A stretch of 63,395 nucleotides of DNA, counting the filler, from Choristocarpus tenellus KU-1152 (taxonomy: Eukaryota; Protista; Phaeophyceae), in assembly GCA_964200185.2 (NCBI GenBank). It is 12 parts of 12 records of this genome, joined end to end, with 100 filler letters (N's around TTAATTAATTAA, not from the genome) between each part and the next. Parts side by side here need not be neighbours in the genome. Positions count along the whole stretch, not along the records: positions 1 to 8,007 come from CAXNAD020005278.1; positions 8,108 to 13,742 come from CAXNAD020010178.1; 10 more parts are not named here. One strand, written 5' to 3'. The position numbers and the translations under genes were made by a program. Of this stretch, positions 1 to 12,809 are shown piece by piece; position 1 is the first letter of the stretch; each line of letters opens with the position of its first letter. The notes beneath the pieces are model-generated. The model searched no databases and had not been told where the DNA came from. It saw nothing but the letters and a program-made list of their open reading frames with translations.

Positions 1-1140
1 TTGTTTTTTTGTTTTAATTTGTTTTTTATTATAAGTATATATTGTTTATTGTTGGGGGGGGGGTCTGTTCTCTCCATGTGTGCACGAGGAACCAAAACAT
101 ACGAAGATAGAGTGTCTTATAGGATTAAAAAATGTCGAAATGGGGATCAAACACCAGAATTGTGATTTTGGTGTATATGTGGCTATCGTGTCTGTTAGCA
201 GGGTGTCAGTGTCGTTGTTCTGGACGCACCTTTTCATAACGTATATATGTTCCTAGTTAGGAACGTTTCAGAGTAGGTAAATGTCATAAAAAAAAGGCGT
301 TGGAAGTCAAGCACTAAAGGGAAAAGCAGGGAAAAATTCGTGCCCTCTAAGACACCTGCGCTCTGTTTTTTGCACAGTTTAAATCTATGACTTACATTTG
401 TTTGTGTGCATGTGTTGGATGTTGTATGCAGTAAGACGTGGTTGTTGTCGCTGAGGGTGTTAGAGTTGAAGTTGTTGGTACGAGGCGCGGCAAAAGGTGT
501 AGACGGAATACTTAGTTTGTATGAGTGGTTATTGGTCAAGTAATATTGTCGTACGTTCCGAGGAAAGTAGTTTGAGGTACACTTCCACAGGTTCTGGGCT
601 GGTGCTGTGGTTAGGGCATTGTGGGTGGACTTAGGCATATGATCCCCTACGATTTGAATGACTACACTTGATCGAAACTAGTTCGTCGACAGTTGGGCAA
701 AGCAAGAGGTGGTGCATACAGTATTGAAAAGAATGGGGGGAGGTGCGTTATCGTGTACAAGGAATAAATAATGTATAACAGAAGGACAGGGTATTCATCG
801 CTGCCCTTGGCGAATCGTTCGGAAAGGTTAGCCGGGCGGATGGAGCAGAGTTGTTTGATCGATGTATTATATTTTATGACTGTAACATTGTAGCAGAAAT
901 GCTATTTTAAAAAAATGATACACCGGTCTGATCCTCAGCGTGAGTATGATATATGATACGCTGACGACTCTGAGCGGTAGCTACGTGTATCTCTTGTTCC
1001 ACTATCGAAATGCATAACTTGTGGGATGCAAAGTGCATGAACATGAGAGTCGGACACCACGGAAAGATACACTCATGCAGAAATCTGCACAACCTGCAAC
1101 TCTACCCGTCCTTGAACAGAAAACCTGAACGACCGAAGCC

Positions 1141-2525
1141 CTATTTCAACTGCTGGGTGGACTCGAAATTGCATTCGTCACCCTTGTCCCACCAATCTGT
1201 GAGCTTAGGGTATGCCTTGACAAGAAGGTGCCACAGATTTAGGCACGTGGAGTACCTGGCATTCCAAGGCTCGGGCTTCACAAGGCTCAAGAAGATAGCC
1301 GTCTTTCCCTGGAGCGCTTCCACATGCTCGGGGCGCAACGTATTGCCTGCCTTCCCTCCACGATCGCCGATGAAGGCTTCGGTGATCCCCACATCGGATG
1401 CATCGCCGGAGTCGGCCGCGTCCTGTGCGACGCAATCCTCCTCACCACGAGAGGATCTTTGATTGTCATCGTCTTCCCTCGATGTGGGTGAACATGGAAG
1501 TACCGTGCACCTGCCCATTTTGGCAGAAGTGAAGACGTCGTTGAGGAAGTCAGGTTCTAATGCGCTTCCATCAGGATCAACAGGCTGTTTGAAACGTCAC
1601 CTCTGTCCAGCATCTTCTCTCGCCCTCTCTTTCCTACTTAGTGTCCTAGAACCCCGGACTTTGCCCTCCTCGGAAGGCTTGCCCCTCTGGGTTGTGGAAC
1701 TGTCACAGTTCTCACTTGGCCTCACACCATGGTCATACATGTTCCAAGGCACCTTTGCATCATCGTCGCTGCTGGCCACCGAATGGGCGTTCGGGGACAT
1801 CCCTGTGTCACTCCGGACAGGCGTGGACTCAGGACACCATCAAGTGGAATATGTCAAGAATGTTGGGCACATGCGACATACTGACCGCCACACTCTCTCC
1901 TATCAAAATGGATTCAGCCTTTTCGCGGTTGCAGTGCGGATAGATCTTCCACATGAAGCTCCTGTTATCGCCTACCTGGAGGTTCGCTCCGACGTCCGAG
2001 GCCCATCCCGCTGTGACATGCGGCGGGATGTTGGTGCCACCTGGGATATTTTCCCCGTGCGTGACGCAATGGATTATTGTCCTCAGCACCATTATGCGGT
2101 GTTGTCCATTCAGGTAAAATAAGAGGTTGTCGTCGTCATCTATATCCCTCTCGTCGCCGTTCTCGTCTACATTGAGGGTGCCGTTGGTGATGTAGCTTGC
2201 AAGTAGGTCGCCATCAGGCACACCAGAGGGCACGTTCGCCCTGCGCATGTCAGCTTTCATGTCGCTTATGGTCTTCCATCTGTAGCACATAGAAAAAGGC
2301 TGTCCATTCAGGATACCTGCGAGCCTATCGGCAGCGACAACTGGGTCCGGCCCTAGCTTGGAGAACATAGACTCCACTCGATCGGTGTCCAGGAGGTTAG
2401 CATTATACCTCTGTCTCATGTAGGCAGATGTTGCAAGGTCCATTGTGCAGGTCGCACTGATGTTGGACGTTACGATGTATGTGGTCTTTTGATCTTCATT
2501 AGTTTTCTGGCCTCCAGCCGGCTGT
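1141..2525 (-). pseudogene. Disrupted gene with a possible ParB/sulfiredoxin-like N-terminal domain
   Basis: ORF 2443-1829 contains NLLDTDRVESMF...LFYLNGQHRIMVLR and is open upstream to a CCTCACAG acceptor. After a frameshift near 1830 the reading continues through ORFs 1800-1597 and 1518-1141, which are in one frame and separated by a TGA. Confidence 0.45.
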
Positions 2526-2915
2526 CTGTGAGGATGGAGGGGAATGTTGGGACAATGGTATCAGCTAAGATCAATGATGTCCACGCAGGGGTGGATGCGA
2601 TGGTTAGCCGAGCGCAAGAAGGGTGTCTTTATATGAACGGTGGTGGACCATGTGATTAATAATGACGTGGGTTCTGCGCGGAGTGCAGTGTTCATGTCCG
2701 TGCGTGGGCTATGCAAACGAGATATGAAAAGAGTGAGCGATTGCATGGAAATGGGGACAGCGTAAAACTTTCCTACCAGGTAGCTATTTACCAAGGAATA
2801 TGAAACTGTTAACGCGGTCGATTTGGGATGGATATGAATATGAATAATACTTACCCATATCGGACGCAACCTGGTGTGAATTTACGGGAAGATCAAGGTC
2901 AGATATAGCAGGGGC

Positions 2916-3700
2916 AATCGTGCACAGGTTTGAGCTTGAAACTAGGCTGATAATAATGAATGAATTTCATGTGTTCTGACCAACGGCAAAGGCGATCAAA
3001 TAAAGGAGCGAGGCTAGATGGTCGAGGGTGTGTGTGTCGATTTGAACTTGTAACAACCCGAGCAGATAAACATAACGTCAAACCGAGAAAGTGATAGATG
3101 AAGATGAAAGGAATTTACGTGCTGACCCGTATTGGATGTTGGGAGAGGAATCATGCGCGGGTTTGCGCTTGACACTAGGCTGATAATAATGAATGAATTT
3201 CATGTGTTCTGACCAACGGCAAAGGCGATCAAATAATGGAGCGCGGCTAGACCGTCGAGGGTGTGTGTGCCGATTTGAACATATAACAACCCGAGCAGAT
3301 AAACATAATGTCGAACCGAGAAAGTGATAGATGAAGATGAAAGGAATTTATGTGCTGACCCGTATTGGATGTTGGGAGAAGAATCATGCGTGGGTTTGCG
3401 CTTGACACTAGGCTGATAATAATGAATGAATTTAATGTGTTCTGACCAACGGCAAAGGCGATCAAATAAAGGAGCGCAGCTAGACCGTCGAGGGTGTGTG
3501 TGTCGATTTGAACTTGTAACAACCCGAGCAGATAAACATAATGTCGAACCGAGAAAGTGATAGATGAAGATGAAAGGAATTTATGTGCTGACCCGTATTG
3601 GATGTTGGGAGAGGAATCATGCGCGGGTTTGCGCTTGACACTAGGCTGACAATAATGAATGAATTTTATGTGTTCTGACCAACGGTAAAGGCGATCAAAT
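2916..3700. repeat. Tandem repeat, 233-bp unit, about 3.3 copies
   Basis: ACTAGGCTGA recurs at 2941, 3174, 3407 and 3640; the units are near-identical. Confidence 0.97.
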
Positions 3701-4350
3701 TCCGTAGCACAAGCAAAACGGTTCAGGGGTGTGTATGTATATTTCCGTTTTGAACCTTATCGGAAATGTTCCAATAGTATCGGAGCCCTTACATGCGCGT
3801 ATCGAAGGTGTTACCACGTCATCCTGGACGGACGGATGTCGTGGCGCGCGAAATTGCATCGTGGAATCTTCCTTCTATTTCGAATCAATTGTCTGATTAC
3901 TCCCATCGGAAGTGACAGCAACATATGTTCCAATTTCCGAAAAAGGTTCGGTTGAATTCGCTGTAGCCCTTTCGTCTAGGAGCCTTTGAATCTATTCTAT
4001 GACTACATTTTTTATCCGAGGTGAAATCCGTAAGTTGCAGATTGGGAAAAGTGTTGAAAATGTGAGTTATTTATTTTTCTCGAGGCTAGAGTTGGTATCA
4101 TGGGTACTGGTCGAAATATGTTAGTGGTAGGGTCGCGTTCATTTTGTGCGACCGAATTCAAATGTTGCTTTTTTGCTATCATTATTGCCCTCTTTATTTT
4201 TTTGGATATGTAAATATAACCACGTGACCAACACTCCTTTCCCATAGTGTAGACATTGTACTTCTCCAAAAGTACAAAGTCCTTCAAAAACTGTGTCCAG
4301 TGGAGCCCCAATAGGACAGACAGGGAAAACTAGTACCCTGTAGCATTGAG

Positions 4351-4868
4351 CATCGAATCTACAAATGCTGGAATCTCCACCGCGGACAGGTTGTGTGTAC
4401 ACGCTTTGGAGCACAAATAATTACAGGGCATCGAATCTAAAATGGTGATATCGCCACCGTGGAGAGGTGGTGTGTACACGATTGGGACACAAATAATTAC
4501 CGTTCTTCGGATCTAAAAACGGTGATATCATCACCATGGACAGGTGGTGTGTACACGGGTGGGACCACGAATAATTACAGGGCATCGGATCTAAGAATGG
4601 TGATATAACCACCAACGGGCAGGTGGTGTGCACACGGTTGGGACCACAAATAATCACAGGGCATCAAACCTAAGAATGGGAATATCACCATCATGGACAG
4701 GTGGTGTACACACGGTTTGGATGACAATCAAACACAGGACATCGAATCTAAAAAACAGTGATATCACCACCGTCGAGAGGTGGTGTGTACATGGTTGGGA
4801 GCACAAAGCCACACAGGAAATCGAAACTAGAAATGCTGGAATCTCCGTCATACACAGGCAGTGGGTAC
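4351..4868. repeat. Degenerate tandem repeat, about 78-bp unit, about 6.7 copies
   Basis: Recurring CATCGAATCTAARAATGGTGATATC..CAC....GGASAGGTGGTGTGTACACG.TTGGGA.CACAAATAATTACAGGG. Confidence 0.93.
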
Positions 4869-4884
4869 AGTATCATCTCAGCCA

Positions 4885-7800
4885 CATGCTAATACATTCT
4901 ACGTTGACGAACGATAGCCACAACACCCACCAAAGGCGCTATAAATCGTGACGGCGTGTTTGCGACGTTGATCATCCAGAGACGCTCCTGTGTAGGCCGC
5001 AGGAAGGGTGAACGTTTCTTGTACGAGGACTCACCTTTTGGTTCCCTTTGGAGGCATTGCGGCGTCAGGTGGTTGTACTTCGCCTCGGAGTTGATTGCAG
5101 GATTTCTGCATGGAGTGGGCATGTTCGAAACAGGACAGAAGGAACAAACAGAAAGAGAGAGAAAATATTTTGCGCATCGAATCAGGCTCAGAGAGGATGG
5201 CATTAGGCGGTCGGTTCACACCATCCTCCAGCCGTACGCAAACGATCACATTGCATGAGGTGGCAGTCTTGTCTTTTTTTACCTTCCGATACGCCCGATA
5301 TTCAGCGTAACGTACGGCGCACAAGGATAGCCACACACGAGCACGGTTCCCATGCAAGGGATACACACATACTCTCTCCTCACCAAGAGGGTATGGTCCT
5401 GTTATCTATTCTTTTTTCGGTTGTGTGTAACAGTCGAACCATTGTCCGTACAATAACAACAGCCTTTATTGAATGTTCTACCCCTATTATATAATAGTAT
5501 ATATTTTGCTGTTACGAACAGGCCACTTCGGGTGTTCCTTCTTCTAGGATTAAAACGGATATTTAATAAACGGGATTTTGCACTCTTGACATACGTCTCG
5601 AAACTTCTATGCATGACGATTCTGTTGAATGGAACAAAAAAAATTATATACTTATATATATATAACTCTTCACGCGCCAATTCTTCATTAGTGCAAAAGG
5701 GTGAAAACTTAGAGTTGGCATATTCTTTTGCATAGATTCGCGGTTCTTTACTCTTACATTGGAACAAAAACGTATATTTACACTTTGCCTAGTGTTACAT
5801 TATATTGCACAACAAAGAAAAACTTTCGCCAAACCACATATGCGAGAGACCCCACACTCCCTCACTCTCTCGACAACAAAGCAACGGATCTGGACAATAT
5901 TGAGGAATTCATTGTCACGGTTGTTCAAGGGTACCACATCCGTCGCACCGCAGATGTACGATGACAACCCGCCAGCCACTAGGGGATCTCTCTAACAACG
6001 GGACTGAATTCGTGGACTTCGGAGGGGTAGACATCAGGACATCCCAAAGGTAAGACCACGTCTGGTCGCAGCGAGACACACTCCAATGTGGCCTGTGCGT
6101 TCTGTAATTGCCCCAATGGGGGATTAGCGCTTGAAGAATAGGCTTAGCGAAGCATATGGTCACCATACCCTACCGAAATCACACATTTGCATCGAAATCC
6201 GAGAGACGTGGTATTCTCTACTTCCGCCGTAGTTCCGAGCAGGTGACGCACACCTCCTACCATAAAGAGCAGAACGAAACCTATTGACGAAGCTCGTGAG
6301 CTCCGATATCCGCGATCCCATACCTATCGGAACCAAACGATGTTCCTTACGGTTTCCGTTTCCGATCCCAACCATAGCACCTCCTGTCCCGACCCTAACC
6401 CTATGCCCAACCCTGACACTCTCTCTCTCACCTTTACACGTTAATGAAATAACACCGATTCATGTTTCCCCCTTCCTTCATCTGCTCACCTCATGTCACA
6501 CTTTGTCGTACTTTGTCGTACTTTACCGTTCGTCAAAGCACAGCAAACATTGCGGCTGTCCACATACATCATGTCATTTTTGCCGAACGTTGCTCCACAA
6601 CAAAGTGTGGCGAAAGTTGCTGCGGTCGACATACCAACTATAAACAAGCCACACCCCCCCAAAACATCGTCCTGGACTCACCACAAAACTCAATCGCTAT
6701 CTTGTGCCCCCCATAGAGCAAGGGGCGCATACGATGGTATGCGCATGTGGGGCTATGTATTGACCTACATCACATGTAACGTTCAATATTGATTCCACAA
6801 AATCCATAGTACACATTAGTTTACCGTTCGTCAGAACATGTCAATTGTGATACATACATGAGCTAATGATGTCAGGGGCGACACCCACCATGCACCTGCC
6901 AAGCGCTTTCCAACAGAAATTCGTACCAAAACACACTTTGTACCGTTGGACAAACTACCCCCAGTCACTTCGTCCTACACAAGAACAGATTTGCACCGTT
7001 GTCAAGTGCGCTGCGAGTTGCGTTGGGTCGGGAACAACTCGAGTCAACGCCTGATCTCCAGGTTTACACATTCCTCCAATGCATAAAGAAAGATCTTAGC
7101 GCCGACCATACGTGCCAGGTGTGCAAATCCGTCCTCATCAGCATCGCTCCTGATGTCGAAATAGGCGACCACAGGGTGACATCCACGTTTCAACCACTTC
7201 TGTCTGTCACAGCAAAAAAGTACGACATCAGCATCAACACACTAAGATTATCCGCCGAAGAACGCACAGAATTCTTGCGAGAGACATGCGGCAACAGGCG
7301 AGCCCATCCGAATCGGCTGCAGATGACTCTGGGGGCTTCTCTCCCAGCTCAAACATAGACGTAGTTTGAAACTATACTCGAGGCACCGCCCATAGGTAAG
7401 GAAGTTCGTTTCCTGCAACCACCAACAGTATGACACACAAAACTTCCCCCTCCCCGGGCGAACATATTCACTGTATATGTAGAAAACAGTTTCATCACTA
7501 ACAGGGATGCCCGGATGATCCCTCATATTCTTCTGCACAACCGACACACGCCCCATATCCCCCATCGTTCCTCGCACAAAACGGCAGACCAAGGGTGTTC
7601 AACGTGAGAAGGGACAACTCCTCACGACAGTTCCATATCTTGCATCCTGATACACATGTTCTGGGTATCACCGTGTGGGAGAGCAACAGCACCGCCATGC
7701 CCCACGATCCGGCCACATCTCATGATGCCGCCCAGGGAATGCACTACTTAGACCCGCATACGAACAAAAGAGTTTGCCATCCGGATGCACTGTGCCAACA

Positions 7801-7966
7801 GCACGCTTAGAGGTACTCAACACTAACGAGTGTCATCCTCACAAATATTGCGCGTATGCACCCTCAACACTTCATCATGGATTAATCACTCTGCAACATT
7901 TTCACCCTCCAACAAAACTGTGACATTACACCACATATACACATGGTGCGACCGACGTCACAACAG
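4885..7966 (+). mobile_element. Copy 1 of a large dispersed repeat (5' part of a Sola2-like element)
   Basis: Colinear homology to 21164-25102 (e.g. FNVRRD.SS.QFH..HPDTHVLGITVWESNSTAMPHD in both copies). This copy lacks about 500 bp corresponding to about 23615-24120 and lacks the MITE at 21968. Confidence 0.85.
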
Positions 7967-8007
7967 GGCCAAAGTATCTTGGGGGGGGGTCAACGTCCGT
8001 TTTTCAC

Positions 8008-8107
8008 NNNNNNNNNNNNNNNNNNNNNNNNNNNNNNNNNNNNNNNNNNNNTTAATTAATTAANNNNNNNNNNNNNNNNNNNNNNNNNNNNNNNNNNNNN
8101 NNNNNNN
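8008..8107. other. Artificial contig-joining linker (first of 11)
   Basis: 44 N + TTAATTAATTAA (stops in all six frames) + 44 N. Identical linkers at 13743-13842, 16409-16508, 20898-20997, 28432-28531, 33771-33870, 39092-39191, 44425-44524, 50008-50107, 53158-53257 and 60698-60797. Confidence 0.99.
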
Positions 8108-8360
8108 GTCAATTTTAAACCACTCATAAACACGGGGATGGAGTTAGACATACACCATCACTGAAATAACTGTTCAACAAAACAGGTGTCCTCCTCATAA
8201 AATATAAAATATATGTAATAGGCGTGAAGGAGTCATTTTGGAAAAATTAGCACAAGTGTTCTTTGTTCATATCTATGTGAATGCACACATTAAAAAAAAT
8301 CAACTTTCCATTAGTTGATATTGTCCACAACAAACATCGTTGTAAATATATATCAATATA
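8108..8360 (-). repeat. Dispersed repeat, possibly Gypsy 3' UTR, PPT and start of the 3' LTR
   Basis: Its reverse complement aligns to about 56670-56935 (GAGGAGGACA.CTGTTTTGTT.AACAGTTA.TTCAGTGATGGTGTATG). It lies just downstream of the chromodomain. Confidence 0.6.
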
Positions 8361-8499
8361 TACTGAACAACACAACCTCAAATCATTGAATGAAACACAA
8401 GTATAATTATATATATATATAACCTGCACCATGAAGTTCAAATCAAGCATGGAAACTTTTCATGGATCGAAGTTGGTAACAACCAAAGGTTTTATGTTG

Positions 8500-10330
8500 G
8501 AATTGGGTGTATGCACACAATGTTGTTGCCCATATACAGAAGTCATTTCTACATATCACGGCAAATCACGTAGACGATAGAATACATCAGAAGCACGATC
8601 ATCACCATTAAGGCGCAATCTATATTCTATGGTCATAGGTGAACGAGGTCCACGGCAAACTTGTGTCCCACACTGGCTTTAATTATATAAGGATCAGTAG
8701 TCACCAGGGATTTTAGTTCACCAAGATCCGGTAAGGGTAACGTACGGTCGAGAAAATAATCGTTGAGATTCACAAAATCAGGTTCAGGTGGTTGTGTGTT
8801 CGGAATTAAGGTTTCAAGTGGGCTAAGTGAACAGATATGTCTTTAATGTCGCCTTGTTTGCGAACACATTAAACTAAAGGGTAAATCTTGGCGTTTGCTG
8901 TGAAAGGTCCACTCCAGGAGTGAATCAATTTGGGATTAGGTCCTTCACGGTCCTTATGTGGACGATGCACCAAAACTTGAGCTCCAACTTGAAACACTGG
9001 GAAAATAGTTTCATTGCTAGCCATTCTCTTAGCGTACCGTTCTCCCAGATTGCAACGGGCTAATTCAAAAGCTTACTGTAAATTCTCAGCTGTTGATTGA
9101 GTAAACGTTTGACTAGATTGGGATACCGTTGACTTGGATGGCCCCCCAAAAAATGGCATCCACCAGCAATGTTGGACGGCTTCAAAAAATAGGAAAATAT
9201 TGTAATGTGGTGTTGTACATCATATTTTGAACAAGTTGAACGAATGTACCAACAGTATCTCAATCGCTCTCCTTGGTCGAACTATATGACAACCAGAATG
9301 ATGTGGTGTATGGGTATAGGATGAGAGTGGTGCTCAAAGTACGGCAATATACTCAGATTTTTTTATTAAAAGCACTGTAAAAGTACTCTCCCACTCTAGA
9401 ACGATTGCCGTCGTCGCCGCTTTGAAACAGATGTGGAAACAAGCCGACAGGTTCTTCATACTGAAGGTGGGCGGGAACACCCACAGGAGGCAGGAAAAAG
9501 AGAGAGACAAGACAAGAGGGAGAGCAATCCTTCAGAAGATCACTCAGGAAAAGAGTGAACAAGTGGCAGAGTGAATGAAGGGGGATTTGCAAGGTCCCCT
9601 CAAACCACCCACTGTTTACTGCAAGCAGATGTTACCTTCAACATGCCAAAACAAATGTCATATGAATATCAGATTCTTCAAGGTATACCTTCTTTGGAAG
9701 ATGTACCTCACGTAGGCTTTGATCTTTTAACTCCACGAAGTATTTGGTGCTGGTGTTGCCTACTGGAACACGTGATGGGAAGTCCTGTTGCCGTTGTTGT
9801 GTTAGACCTTTCGTTTTGGGGCAATGCTTCTCTCTCTGCAGGCATTTCGTCACCATTCATTGCATCATTCTTCTATACCCATGTTTCTGATCATACATAT
9901 ACATAGTGTATGTGTGGATGCGTTTGAGAAGATCGAAACAATTGTGTTATTTTTTTTGCATCAGTACCACATATACTTACTGCATTTATCAAACATCTCA
10001 GGTGACGACTACTTCGACTCTCGACTACCTGGTAGTGAACTTTTGACTTTTGCGATGTCTTGGAGCACTATTTTGATGTATTGTGTAGTGATGTCTATCG
10101 GGACACTTTCAACACCAATTGATGATTATAGAATCCAATTTGTTAAGCGGGAGGAAACTGGGTTGACCTTCGCCTGTAATTTAATTTTTCCAGAATGGGC
10201 TATGTTCTCTTGCACACAGTGGCAGGTCCCTCGGACGAGAAACGATGTCAACGAGCTGACTCACCTTCTGGAACAGGCGGACCTGACTCTTGGCTTGATG
10301 CACCCGTTTTCACACACAAAGTTATGTTGT
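8500..10330 (-). mobile_element. Ty3/Gypsy integrase C-terminus with chromodomain (chromovirus-like), decayed
   Basis: Minus-strand translation gives FQVGAQVLVHRP...NPKLIHSWSGPF...SVHLAHLKP (GPY/F motif region) and VGHKF..GPRSPMTIEYRLRLNG..ASDVFYRLRDLP (chromo-like). A weaker HHCC remnant lies near 10100-10250. Stops and frameshifts throughout. Confidence 0.75.
9421..9712 (-). mobile_element. LTR-like repeat, same family as 38225-38513
   Basis: End-to-end reverse-complement homology to 38225-38513; no TSD seen here. Confidence 0.75.
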
Positions 10331-11020
10331 CAGAAGGTGATATGTGGTTCTGAGCCATCAATTGCCGACTTGTGACTTCGAAGTTTACTGACTAACAGTT
10401 TGCATGTATATGGTTTTATGTGATTTTGGCGTGAATATTTGGCTTGGTTGGTGGAGTGGATCACATTATACATTGTACAATATACATCATACTTCGAAGT
10501 GTGTAACACATACGGAGATTCCAAATATCGAAAATCATTCCCAGCAATCAAGGCCCAACAAAACACCGTTTTGTCTGCAGTCGAGAAATCTTGACTGCGA
10601 CCGGTCACCTGATGATACCTTTGAAAATAATAGTACTGCGTACCATAGTGATGTGTACGATCTAACATGTTTACTACCTACAAAATACTCCACGTACGTG
10701 TACTTTCAACCACCACAACACAAAACAACAACAGAGAAGTTATACAAATAGTAACATCATTGTAGTAGACACGCCACCACCCTGTGTTTCGCACGTACAT
10801 GCGTGTCGTCTCACCGACCTAAATGTTGATAGCCTGGTGTCACAAATCGTACCTCACTTGCACAATACTCTTCGAATCTTCCCCTTGGGTGATTCATAGT
10901 TCGGAGTACATTCCTATTTGAAGAAAGGTTACTGAATAGTAAATACTGTAGAAGCTGTGGTTAGAGGGACAAATTAGTGGATACTCAACTAACTAACTGT
11001 TGCCGGACATCCTCCTCTTC

Positions 11021-11314
11021 CGTTACAGGCGATATGTCCTGATGGCGGTTTCATAAACGCCATTGTGACCTTGAAGTCCTAGATTTTATGGATTTGTACT
11101 TCTTGACTATTTATTTTTTAGTCTCATTATCAATTATGCACCATTGGTATATCGTTGCTGGTTCCTTTTATACGATGCTGATGCTTACGAAGTGATTAAT
11201 CCAAGTGAGAGATCCAGCATACTTGACGACATGTGCATCATGGAGCCTTGTGCGAGCTTTATGGACTGGAACTGCATATTTCATCACCGTGAGCTCGCGG
11301 AGCGTTTTGTAACA
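11021..11314 (+). mobile_element. Solo LTR, TGTTACAGGCG family
   Basis: CGTTACAG...TGTAACA termini, CTTC 4-bp TSD, homologous to 62886-63196. Confidence 0.8.
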
Positions 11315-12041
11315 CTTCTCTTTTACCTGTAATGCAAACATTTTTGACAAATCCTATTGAGTTGGTGATCGACACATGGTGCAATTTGATTGTGCGTTGT
11401 TTGGCAACCTCTTGGTCGGCGTAACTCCAGAATTCGTACTGTTATCCACATGGTTTAGAACAATCCGGCAGACAATTTGAGAGTCAAAACCATCTACGGA
11501 CCCCACCATCACACAGGTACAGTGATGATACAGATAATCGATTTACTAGACAATCACAGCTCACCCGCTTGGCTCAGCTCCTGTGGCTGCCTCCTAACAT
11601 CACCTGGCATTGGACCCTCCCACCCCTCCTCTCCTATTGACCCAACATCGCCCCAGGCGCAAGTTACACATTCAATGCCATCAACGGAAACGTAGACACA
11701 ACACCGTGTACAAACCTTCTTGTACTGGCGAGATATGTGTACAAGCCTCTAATCGTGGAGAATCGACTTGGAGGACAAACTACTATTCTCACCCAGATCC
11801 TTCTACAGGTATTGGTGTGAGGGCATATTTACCAAAGCGTCCACCTCTGGTGTCCTCCACTCTCCTCAAGGTCACTTATCACACTCTGACTTCAATGGGC
11901 CCACACAACCATTCAAGCTCAGCCCATCCTTTGCCAGGTCTAGTTACGGGATTTCAAAAATGCAATTTCCGTTGGCGAGTCAAATGCCTTGAGCTCCACC
12001 TCGGGTTGAGGATCACTGTCTTTGAGAAGGGCATGATCAAA

Positions 12042-12224
12042 GACCCAAAGTACCTGGGGGTGGGGGGGGAGGGGTATACACGAGGGTGTTCATTTGGGGC
12101 AAAATCAGGAAAAGAGTATTTACATTATCCATCTGACGTATGCAACCCAATCACTCAAAGATCGCGACATGGAAAAATTGACCCCAAATGGACAGCCGCC
12201 ACACCCCCCCAGATACTTTGAGCC
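12042..12224 (+). mobile_element. MITE family B
   Basis: GACCCAAAGTACCTGGGGG...CCCCCAGATACTTTGAGCC; AAA TSD. Confidence 0.9.
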
Positions 12225-12809
12225 AAACTCAGGGCACTGAGCGCTGAGCATCAACGGAGTGCCTACAGACCCCTCCTCTTGTTTTTCTTTGCCCATTGAG
12301 ACATCCGAAATACTACTTTCAACAAAGTGTCGAAGAACTCTGGCGAACAGCTCAAATGGGTGAGGATGTCTGCCTTGGAGGATTTTCTTGACACCTACAC
12401 TAGGAAGGTAATTGAAAACCTTGTTCACATTGGGAACTGAATTGGTTTGTACCAACACTTGAGAGGGTTCAGTATTGAGAGAACCAAAGAAGATGCCTTT
12501 CAGCACATCCATGATGAGTCTGGACAGTTTCTCAGGGAGCAAGCACCAATCATGGAATGGTGGGGGAGTTATGTCACAATGCTCCTTAATATCACAACTA
12601 GGTAAATCTCAGCCCTCATAATAATGGTGCTGAATTTCTTCTTGATCAACGAACTACACTCATGGCCCTTACTACGACACCAATAATGTGGAGGTGGCTG
12701 AAGCACCTGGACAATGGGAAATGGCAAGGCTATGGGTCCCGACAACATTCCAACTGAATTCTTAATACTTGGTCTATAATAAGATGTGTCTATCCTACAG
12801 GTTCCGTGA

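Noticed and set aside
1463-2122. 219-aa plus-strand ORF
   Set aside because: No motif; it lies opposite the more protein-like minus-strand frames.
8052-8063. Recurrent TTAATTAATTAA palindrome
   Set aside because: Always centred in 44+44 N; it is an assembly linker.
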